Virus record (IMG/VR): IMGVR_UViG_3300000301_000027
Source of the DNA: an uncultured virus (IMG/VR IMGVR_UViG_3300000301_000027)
Taxonomy: Duplodnaviria; Heunggongvirae; Uroviricota; Caudoviricetes; Crassvirales
Reading direction: 5' to 3' (one strand)
DNA length: 20,000 nt
The first letter of the stretch is position 1; each line of letters opens with the position of its first letter. A model generated the notes under the pieces. It worked only from the letters and a program-made list of their open reading frames with translations. It did not search any database and had not been told where the DNA came from. The translations under genes and the position numbers were made by a program. Below are positions 9,187 through 16,795 of this stretch, piece by piece.

Positions 9187-10064
9187 TATTCTTGAGCATT
9201 TTTGATCTGAGATTGTAATTTAAGATAGATTGTTTGATTCTTAGGACTATTCAAGAATTTAACACAATTATCTAGTGTAGGCTCTTCATTTTTTTCACAT
9301 ACTGGTGTATTATCTGCCATGAAATAAAAGTCTCCTCTTTTCTTCATTATTCCATATTCTATTGCTTCAATAATATTAATCTTAGTATCTAAGAATTCAT
9401 CATTAGCAATCTGTAAAAATTTCTTGGGTTCCTTTTCAATTTCTTCTGTTGCCCATACAACCAGTTGATCTAATTTAGTATTGTTATTAATAGGTTTATT
9501 AGTCAATAACTGTACAATAGTTTTAACTTTAGGTTTATTCTCTTTAATAGATCCTAGCAAAATATAAGCTTGTGCTCTAGCATTAGCAACAGCTGTTTTC
9601 TGAGCTAATTCCTCTCCTTCATTAATAATTACAAATCTCCAAGTACCTAATTTCTTAGATTGAAGATCTTCCAATGAAGGAGCTACTAAATCAGTATTAT
9701 TAACAACTACTTTATATTTAATATAGTCAATAGGATCACTTAGATTAAATGTAGTATCTTCTTTTTTTAAAGCTACATTAAAATTATCCCAATAATTGTT
9801 CTCTTTTCTATGTACAGATAAAGCACCTGATTCAAGTCCTAGTGTTTCCTCCAAGAATGCTTTTTCATTATCTGTCAAAACATTTTTATAAGAACCATTT
9901 CTTAATACTGGTACTGTTAATACAATACTAGCTCCCATAGATAATCCTCCATATTGAGGATTTTTAGGATTAGTAACAAACCCATCTGGTTTCCTAATAA
10001 ATCTAACAATGACTTTATTATCTTTTAAACAAGATACAATCCCTTTTGATTTTGTTTCTACCAT
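9186..10064 (-). CDS. Conserved Crassvirales protein immediately downstream of MCP (gene-75-like), function unknown (292 aa)
   Basis: ORF track; conserved position after MCP; motifs NVLT..EK.FLE..LGL, NNYW and L.DP.DYIKYK. Confidence 0.7.
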   Translation of the reverse strand: MVETKSKGIVSCLKDNKVIVRFIRKPDGFVTNPKNPQYGGLSMGASIVLTVPVLRNGSYKNVLTDNEKAFLEETLGLESGALSVHRKENNYWDNFNVALKKEDTTFNLSDPIDYIKYKVVVNNTDLVAPSLEDLQSKKLGTWRFVIINEGEELAQKTAVANARAQAYILLGSIKENKPKVKTIVQLLTNKPINNNTKLDQLVVWATEEIEKEPKKFLQIANDEFLDTKINIIEAIEYGIMKKRGDFYFMADNTPVCEKNEEPTLDNCVKFLNSPKNQTIYLKLQSQIKNAQE

Positions 10065-10086
10065 CTTCTTCTCCTTAAATATATTT

Positions 10087-10106
10087 GGGGAGGAATAGTC
10101 CTCCCC
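10087..10106 (-). promoter_or_regulatory. GC-rich hairpin just after the MCP stop, without a U-tract (stabiliser or partial terminator)
   Basis: GGGGAGGA-CUAU-UCCUCCCC perfect 8-bp stem, followed by AAAUAUAUUU rather than poly-U. Confidence 0.7.
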
Positions 10107-10113
10107 TATTCAA

Positions 10114-11049
10114 TTAAACAGCTCTATAAATTAAACTCATAGTTCTCTCAGCATCTAAAATAAATGCTCCTAAAGAAGCCATCTTATGGATCACACAAGA
10201 GTCTTCATCAAATGACATATTATTGTTATTCATTTGGCCTGTGAAAGGATTCCTGAAGCCCCATTGATATCCTCTATGTTCCTCCTCACCTTTAATCTTA
10301 GCAATTTGGATATTTGGCTCTTCTGTTGAACCAATATAAAGAATATCATATCTGTAAGATTCAGTAACACCTCCATCAGGATGTGGAACTTTATTTCTTA
10401 CTGGATCATCATAGAATGGATCTACTTCCAAGAATACTTCTACATTATTAGGAGCTCTATAACCAACAAATTGGAATCCAGCAGTTAAAGCAGTCTGATG
10501 TAAATTAGAATTAGCTTTAGAGATAATTCCAGGTTGATCAGAACCTCTCAAATATGAGAATGCAGACCATCCTGATACTACATCTAGAACAGCTTTATTA
10601 AATTGGATTGCTCCATATTCACCAGTTCTCAAAATAAATTTCCTATCTTTCATATCAAGTTTAGATACAGATAGATCTACTAGAGCTTTCTCTAATAGTT
10701 TAAGATCAAATTTATTATAGTAAACAACATTACCATAACTCATTTGTTCCCTGATACCTGCACCCATCTTGATGACATTACCAGATTTACCAAAGTCATA
10801 ATATTCACCATGTTCATCTCTATTAGAGACTCCATACATCAATACATGAGATTTATCTTTAGCAAATTGTTCCTCTAATGTCCAGTCTACTTGATGAATC
10901 CACATTTTATTAACTTGAAGTTTACCTTCCTTAGTCATTACAGGAATACCAGTTTCAAGTTTTCTATTCATCTTATTCCCAGCTACCTTAGTAGAAATTC
11001 TAATAGTAGAGAATTCATTTCTCATAGAGAATGGAGTTGCATATCTTAC
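10114..11049 (-). CDS. Major capsid protein, exon 2 (311 aa + stop; begins VRYATPFSMRNEFSTIRIS)
   Basis: The reading frame extends 8 codons upstream of the ORF-track Met to the intron 3' splice site. Joined in frame to exon 1 it gives a 497-aa crAss-type MCP. Confidence 0.9.
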   Translation of the reverse strand, partial: VRYATPFSMRNEFSTIRISTKVAGNKMNRKLETGIPVMTKEGKLQVNKMWIHQVDWTLEEQFAKDKSHVLMYGVSNRDEHGEYYDFGKSGNVIKMGAGIREQMSYGNVVYYNKFDLKLLEKALVDLSVSKLDMKDRKFILRTGEYGAIQFNKAVLDVVSGWSAFSYLRGSDQPGIISKANSNLHQTALTAGFQFVGYRAPNNVEVFLEVDPFYDDPVRNKVPHPDGGVTESYRYDILYIGSTEEPNIQIAKIKGEEEHRGYQWGFRNPFTGQMNNNNMSFDEDSCVIHKMASLGAFILDAERTMSLIYRAV

Positions 11050-12206
11050 CTAGTTTTTACTTTCTCAGCTCTTTATCTGAGAAACCTCTTTTAGAGGCAA
11101 CTTGGAGTACATTTTCTTCCTTAGCATTACCTATTAGGAAGTGGACACTCTTGGGAAAATTATACTGTCAAATAATTAACATGGTATCTTTTAAATAAAG
11201 AATATATAGTTCCTTTATCTACTTCAAAATGTTTAGAAATCTCTTTAACAGATTTTCCATCATTAAACATTTTAATAGCATTTAAACATTCTTCTGAAGT
11301 CATTTTAAAATGTTTCTTTCCTTTATTTATACCATGCAATGAAAGGATTTTTAAAAGAGTTGCATAACTACAATGATATTTAGATTCTATTTCAGATAAT
11401 TTTAATTCTCCATCTAAATAATCATTTATTAAATTATTTTGTGCTTCTTGATCTTTAAGAATAGAGTATCTAATTCTAAGATCAACACCTCTTTTTTCTA
11501 AGAATTCTTTCAAACCTGTTGGACTACAATCATATCTTTTAGATAATTCTCTTAAAGAATATCCAATTTCATAATCCCTTTTAAGTTCTAAAAATTCTTG
11601 ATGATTTATGTTAAGATTATTATTTCTTATCTTAACATTCATAGAATGTAAAATCTTTAAAATAGTAGCTTTATCTACATTATATAATTTAGAGATTTTA
11701 TATCCACTAAATCCTGATAAATAAAGCTCTTTTATTTCATCATATTGATTATCAGAAATTATCTTTCTTCTACCATCTCCTCCTATAGTAGAATTATATC
11801 CATTGTTAAATGTATCATATTTAGCAATATAAAACATTTCTCTACTATCTAAGTCTTTAAATTCACATTCTTCTAATATTTCTACTGTAAAATTATCTGT
11901 ACCATATTTTTTAATTGCATTATGAAAATGACAATTATCTTTTTTAAATTGATGTTGTTTCCATCTAAATTCTACAGTATATCTAGTTTGTCCAATATAG
12001 GACTTCCCATTTACCTTATTGGTAATTTTATAAATATATCCTTTCATTAGATAATTATTTTATCCTCATTTCCTACTCTCTACACTGTGCATTCTAGTTA
12101 GGAATGCATTAGCTAGGTATTGTACCTTAATAGGTAGTTCCACCTAATTTGCCCATTTTTTAACTATCCATTACTGGAATAGGGTGACATAAAATATTCT
12201 CAGTCT
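11050..12206 (-). mobile_element. Group I self-splicing intron (IA-like, 1157 nt) interrupting the MCP gene
   Basis: 5' exon ends in U (GGUGAU, 12212-12207) and pairs with IGS GUCACC (12188-12183), with a U.G wobble at the splice site. P10 AUAUUUUAU (12197-12189) pairs with 3' exon GUAAGAUAU (11049-11041). Terminal omega-G at 11050. P2 with GUAA tetraloop; P3 UGGGCA/UGUCCA; P4 UAGGU/ACCUA; P7 GAGUA/UACUC; P8 CUUCCU/AGGAAG; P9 and P9.1 hairpins. Confidence 0.93.
11160..12047 (-). CDS. Intron-encoded GIY-YIG homing endonuclease with four C-terminal HTH-like repeats (295 aa)
   Basis: N-terminal GYIYKITNKVNGKSYIGQT, conserved R (FRWKQH), E (REMFYI) and N (GYN) motifs of the GIY-YIG fold. Lies wholly inside the intron. 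Confidence 0.92.
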   Translation of the reverse strand: MKGYIYKITNKVNGKSYIGQTRYTVEFRWKQHQFKKDNCHFHNAIKKYGTDNFTVEILEECEFKDLDSREMFYIAKYDTFNNGYNSTIGGDGRRKIISDNQYDEIKELYLSGFSGYKISKLYNVDKATILKILHSMNVKIRNNNLNINHQEFLELKRDYEIGYSLRELSKRYDCSPTGLKEFLEKRGVDLRIRYSILKDQEAQNNLINDYLDGELKLSEIESKYHCSYATLLKILSLHGINKGKKHFKMTSEECLNAIKMFNDGKSVKEISKHFEVDKGTIYSLFKRYHVNYLTV

Positions 12207-12764
12207 ATCACCAACTTTTCTACTCATTTCTCTTTCTACAGGAGCATATTCATCAGAGAATCTCTTACCTCCAATAAGCTCTTCACCAGGACAACCATTT
12301 TGTTTATTCTTACCTGTAAGTTCTACTTTATAAACATAATAGGTACCTTCTACTCTAGGTTCTTCAAGAATTCTAAAAGGATATTCTTCATTCTTTTCAC
12401 CTACAATGATATAACCATCAAAGAAATAGTTTTCAGGAAATACTAGTTCAATAGTAGATCCACCAATACCTACATTAAAGTCATTAGCTTCAACAACAGC
12501 ACCATTATATCTAGCTTCAACCAAAGCAATATTTCTCCTAGAAGAACCAATAAGTTCCCAAGTATAATCATCATCTGTTTCAAAATATTTAACAGGGAAT
12601 CTCATCAAATTTCTTTCAAGAGACATACCTCTATTTGCATAGAGTAATTTGATCATAAGATTTGAAGCTTTTTGAGGGGCACTCTGAAAAATAGAAGCCA
12701 AAGCATTATCTGAAACCAAACCATTCAAGGTCTTGGCTTCTCTCATTACATACTTTCCAATCAT
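12207..12764 (-). CDS. Major capsid protein, exon 1 (186 codons; ends ...EREMSRKVGD)
   Basis: SDN.L.SIFQ.APQKA.NLM..LL and W.LIGSSRRNI.LVEAR motifs of crAss-like MCPs (recall). The last 11 residues of the ORF-track protein are intron read-through. Confidence 0.9.
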
Positions 12765-12790
12765 TTTTATTCAATTAATTATTATAATAT

Positions 12791-13915
12791 TTAATCAAGG
12801 ACAATATCCCAATCTCTTCCATAGATACCAGAAGATTTTGAATTAAAAGGTAGAGGATTGTCTGATAAGCCAATAGGTTGAGAAACAAGTACTCTTTCTA
12901 AATCATCAACAGCTTTTCTTTTAGCCACTTTTTTAGTAGCTTTCATAATCTTATCAAAGCTTTTAAAACCATCTGTTAATACAAATAGAGTTCCTATAAC
13001 TTTTTGAAAATCTTTTGGATTTTCTTTTGCATATTTTTGAACAGCATTTAAAGGTCTTCCATTTTCATCTTTAGCAATAGGTTTTTTGAGAGTGTTTAAG
13101 ATTTTCTTAGATGTTTCTTCTGTGATTTTAATTCCTTTAATAGGTTCTCTATCTTTAGAAATAGAATCATATAAGTCATTATAAAAATCTTCTTGTTCTT
13201 TCTTTAATTTTTTAGCTTTCTCTTCAGCTTCTGCATTAATTTCTTCTATTTTAGAATTAAAAAATTCTTTATTAGATTCTAGAGCATCAAATACTTCATC
13301 AATATCATCTCCTCTATCAAATATCTTTTTAACTTTAGCTTTAGCTTTTTCTTCAGACATTCCTCTATTAAGATAATCTTGATAGATAATATTTGCTCTT
13401 AATGCTTCACCATCTTGTCCTTCCTCTTTTAATTGATCTTCTGTTAAACTTTCTAAGTAATCTAAGCTATTCTTATATTGCAAAATTTCTTTTGTATCTG
13501 CTCCATTCTCAATAGCTTTCTTGATAAACTTATCAGTTTCATCTAGTTTGGATTCAACTTCTTTTTCAATGTATTCTCTAAATACATCTTTGAAATCATC
13601 CCAACTTTTTAATTCTTTATTTTCTAGATCAAGATCAGGGAGGACAGATTCCTGTTTGAGAGCATTTGCTAGGGTATTGTAGAGATTTGGAGAAGAAGTT
13701 GTTTCCTCAACAGTTTGTTCTTCTTCCTCCTCTGCTTCTTGATCCTCACTAGCTACTCCCCCTGGATTATCATCCTCACTAGTATTATTTTTATTTTCAC
13801 CTTCAGGTTCTTCTTCTGAAGTTTCAATTTCTTCTTTATTTTCTTCAGTCTCTTCAATTTCATCTGGAAGAATTTCCATAAAATCATTAAGACCTAAAAT
13901 ATCTACATCATTCAT
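12791..13915 (-). CDS. Acidic coiled-coil protein upstream of MCP (gene-77-like; putative scaffold/head assembly protein), 374 aa
   Basis: Very acidic low-complexity N-terminus and helical body; position between portal and MCP. Confidence 0.65.
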   Translation of the reverse strand: MNDVDILGLNDFMEILPDEIEETEENKEEIETSEEEPEGENKNNTSEDDNPGGVASEDQEAEEEEEQTVEETTSSPNLYNTLANALKQESVLPDLDLENKELKSWDDFKDVFREYIEKEVESKLDETDKFIKKAIENGADTKEILQYKNSLDYLESLTEDQLKEEGQDGEALRANIIYQDYLNRGMSEEKAKAKVKKIFDRGDDIDEVFDALESNKEFFNSKIEEINAEAEEKAKKLKKEQEDFYNDLYDSISKDREPIKGIKITEETSKKILNTLKKPIAKDENGRPLNAVQKYAKENPKDFQKVIGTLFVLTDGFKSFDKIMKATKKVAKRKAVDDLERVLVSQPIGLSDNPLPFNSKSSGIYGRDWDIVLD

Positions 13916-13935
13916 TCTTCTTCTCCTTTAATATT

Positions 13936-14271
13936 TTATAGTTTACTCAAATGTTTTAATGATTCTACTAATGATTTTAATTCATTAATAGTTTTAGCAT
14001 TATCTTCACAAATCTTTTTAGTTTCTTCTAATTGTACTTGTAAAGATCTATTCTCTCTTTCTAAGACAATTATTCTACCATTTAATTCAATAACTTGTTT
14101 AGATCTTTCTTCTATTTCTTTTAGAAGAGTGTTATTTGTATTTAAATAGTAATCACTAGACTCTTTAATAATTTCAAAAGATTCTTTTTTTCTTTTGTAT
14201 TTGTTGGTCACAAAATAAGTTATTGTGTTGGTTACTAGAGTTACTACAGCCATTATAATTCCCTCATTCAT
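13936..14271 (-). CDS. Small protein with N-terminal hydrophobic helix and coiled coil (holin-like or membrane-anchored), 111 aa
   Basis: GIIMAVVTLVTNTITYFVT followed by basic KYKRKK and a heptad-rich C-terminus; ATGA overlap with the portal stop. Confidence 0.5.
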   Translation of the reverse strand: MNEGIIMAVVTLVTNTITYFVTNKYKRKKESFEIIKESSDYYLNTNNTLLKEIEERSKQVIELNGRIIVLERENRSLQVQLEETKKICEDNAKTINELKSLVESLKHLSKL

Positions 14272-16703
14272 GTCTTCTTGGTTTTAGTATCATATTTATT
14301 TTTATTTTCTCTAGCAACTTCTAAGCTCTTATCTGCTTTGTATTTTTCAGTCTGAGCTTTAGTTTCAACTTCCTTCTCTTTAATTCTAAGTTCTTCTCTC
14401 TTTAAAGAGTTAGTTTCTATAGCATTCACCTCTTCTAATGCCAATTTATTCATTTCTACTACATCAGGAATACTATTATCATTAATATCTTTATCTTCAG
14501 AATATCCTAAAGCTGATATAGTAGCCACTTGAATTTTAGTTTGATTATCTTGATCAATTTTATATTTTTCAAGATCTAATTTAGCTTGTTCTATTTGAGC
14601 TTGTTGTTCTAATTGAGATTGAGCTAATTCTTGTTCAGCTCGTTGTTGCTGTTGTTGTCTTTCTTGAATATCTGCTTCATCTATTTCAATAGTTCTTTGT
14701 ACTTGAGCTAAAGATTTACTATTATAAATCTTAATAATAGATGAGAAAGATAAAGCTTGGTTCTGTAAAGCTGCTTGTGCTAATGAATCTAATTTTTGTG
14801 TTAATTCTAAAGTGTTCATAGAATTATCAACCACTAAACCATAATCACATTCAGCAAATTCATCTCCATCAATAGTGACAAGTTCTCTAGAAAAGTCATC
14901 TAAAATAAAATTATATTTTTTACTAGAACCTCTCATTGCTATTTTAGCAGTTTCTAATAAAGCTTCTAGTACTCTTTTCTTAACATCATCATGAATTAAG
15001 AATAATCTTTCTGTAATATAAGTACTTTGTCTAACAGATGTTTGTACACCACCAACAGTTTCTGAAGCTTGTACTGCTCCTTCTCTTTGATCTGTAATGC
15101 CTACTATCTTAGACATCTCTTGTTTAATAAATTCTAATAAAGCTATATGCTGTTGTATATAATTACCTGTCTCAGCATCTATAACTCCAGAACTATTATT
15201 ATTAAGAGAACCTGCTAATTTACCAGTAGCAGCACCTACATTACCTTCTTTAAAAGAGTCTACTACAGCAATACCATTAACATAAGCAAAATGCATCCAT
15301 TTATCTATCTCCCAATCATCAGGAATAAGAGCAAAATCTAATTTAACAATTTTACCCATGTTTCTAGCAATAGCTTTATTTAATCTATCATGTACTGCAT
15401 CATACATGTATTGAAATGGTTTCATCATATCTACTAATGAATAGACTCTAGATTCATTAAGATTATAGACAGAACCAATAATACCAAAATGGCATCTGGA
15501 TGGATTAGACATTCTATTGTATTGGATCTTTCTAGGTCTGATATTAATATAAATATCTCTACCTATTTTAGTTCCTTCCCATGCTTCATTAATCCATTGT
15601 TTTTCAGCTTCCTCACCAAGAGCTTCATTTACTTTATAATCTTCAGGATAATAGTCATAGTAAGGTTCTCCTGTTTCTAAGTCATATTTCTTAACTTTCA
15701 AAACAAGTCTTTTACTTTTCCAGAATATTCTTAATACTCTAATATTACCCAAATTATCATAATAGTTAGAAGAAGGTGTAGTTGTTCCAGATTGAAAAGC
15801 AAAATCTAAATCAATATTATTATCATCATAATAAGAGAATCTTGGAACAAATAGTTTAGTATCATCATATAAATTTAATCCTTCAGATGAATCAGCAAAA
15901 GGAGAATATTCTTCTAACTTTTTAACATCATTATCAGAAAGATCATCATAATAATAATCTAATATTTTTCCAGGAGCCCAAAAGTCATCTAAAATTATTA
16001 AATCTGCATCTTCTATTTTATTAGAATATCCATTTTTAAATACATGAACTTTTCTAGGATTAAGTCTTTCTACTATAGGCTCTCCTGATACAATATCACA
16101 TTGGTATAATTCTTCACCAACAATCATTGCATCCATGAAACCATCATTAAACTTAACATCTAGTTTTAATTCTTTATAATAATGATTTAATAATTGATTT
16201 GCTCTTATCTCTCTTATATCTGACCAATCATATCTAAAAGAATCTGAAAGAGATTTTAATTCTTTATCCAAGATAGATTCATCTTGTGATGCTTCTTCTA
16301 GGAGGGAAGATAAAGCTTCTGAAAGCTCTTTTCTTTTTTTAATTTCAAGTTCTGAAATAGCATCAGGGTTAGTAATTATTACTTTGAATTCATATCTTCT
16401 TTCTTTTTCTTCTCCAGCTAATACATTCAATTTACTATTCATAATAGGATAGTGTTGAATATTACTAGGAATATAAGAGGCTTTGATATTGTCAGGATTT
16501 AGAATTAACTTTAAATCATCTAGATGAAGCTTTCCATTAATTAAATCATAATTGATTTTTTTATTAATAAAAGCTTTTCTAACAACAGAGTCAAAGAAGT
16601 AGGATCTTTTATCAGCCCAATCAACAACTCTTTTCCTCCATTCTTTACCTTTCTTAGAAAAAGGTAATTTCTGGTTAGGAAATCCACTAATAGTTAATTC
16701 CAT
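14268..16703 (-). CDS. Portal protein (811 aa)
   Basis: crAss-type motifs (P.QKLP..KK..EW, IQHYPI..SKL..L.GEE, WINEAWEGTKIG, GIT.QREG...SETVGGV) and a Q-rich C-terminal coiled coil; directly downstream of TerL. Confidence 0.9.
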   Translation of the reverse strand: MELTISGFPNQKLPFSKKGKEWRKRVVDWADKRSYFFDSVVRKAFINKKINYDLINGKLHLDDLKLILNPDNIKASYIPSNIQHYPIMNSKLNVLAGEEKERRYEFKVIITNPDAISELEIKKRKELSEALSSLLEEASQDESILDKELKSLSDSFRYDWSDIREIRANQLLNHYYKELKLDVKFNDGFMDAMIVGEELYQCDIVSGEPIVERLNPRKVHVFKNGYSNKIEDADLIILDDFWAPGKILDYYYDDLSDNDVKKLEEYSPFADSSEGLNLYDDTKLFVPRFSYYDDNNIDLDFAFQSGTTTPSSNYYDNLGNIRVLRIFWKSKRLVLKVKKYDLETGEPYYDYYPEDYKVNEALGEEAEKQWINEAWEGTKIGRDIYINIRPRKIQYNRMSNPSRCHFGIIGSVYNLNESRVYSLVDMMKPFQYMYDAVHDRLNKAIARNMGKIVKLDFALIPDDWEIDKWMHFAYVNGIAVVDSFKEGNVGAATGKLAGSLNNNSSGVIDAETGNYIQQHIALLEFIKQEMSKIVGITDQREGAVQASETVGGVQTSVRQSTYITERLFLIHDDVKKRVLEALLETAKIAMRGSSKKYNFILDDFSRELVTIDGDEFAECDYGLVVDNSMNTLELTQKLDSLAQAALQNQALSFSSIIKIYNSKSLAQVQRTIEIDEADIQERQQQQQRAEQELAQSQLEQQAQIEQAKLDLEKYKIDQDNQTKIQVATISALGYSEDKDINDNSIPDVVEMNKLALEEVNAIETNSLKREELRIKEKEVETKAQTEKYKADKSLEVARENKNKYDTKTKKT

Positions 16704-16727
16704 ATTTTATTTATTTCTAATATTTTG

Positions 16728-16758
16728 CAAATATATAACTCTTTAGTAAAAGTTATAT
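16728..16758 (-). promoter_or_regulatory. Candidate Bacteroidota -7 promoter element overlapping an inverted repeat, upstream of the portal gene
   Basis: Minus-strand TATATTTG (16735-16728) matches TAnnTTTG. ATATAACT (16733-16740) and AGTTATAT (16751-16758) form an inverted repeat. No clear -33 TTTG. Confidence 0.45.
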
Positions 16759-16795
16759 GATTTTATTTGAAAAAATTGAGTTTTTTATAGCTAAA

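Noticed and set aside
10114..12764. MCP as two separate genes, a pseudogene, or an intein-containing gene
   Set aside because: The insertion contains stops and has an independent ORF, with no intein C/S...HN motifs. Group I P1/P10/omega-G signals give a precise in-frame junction.
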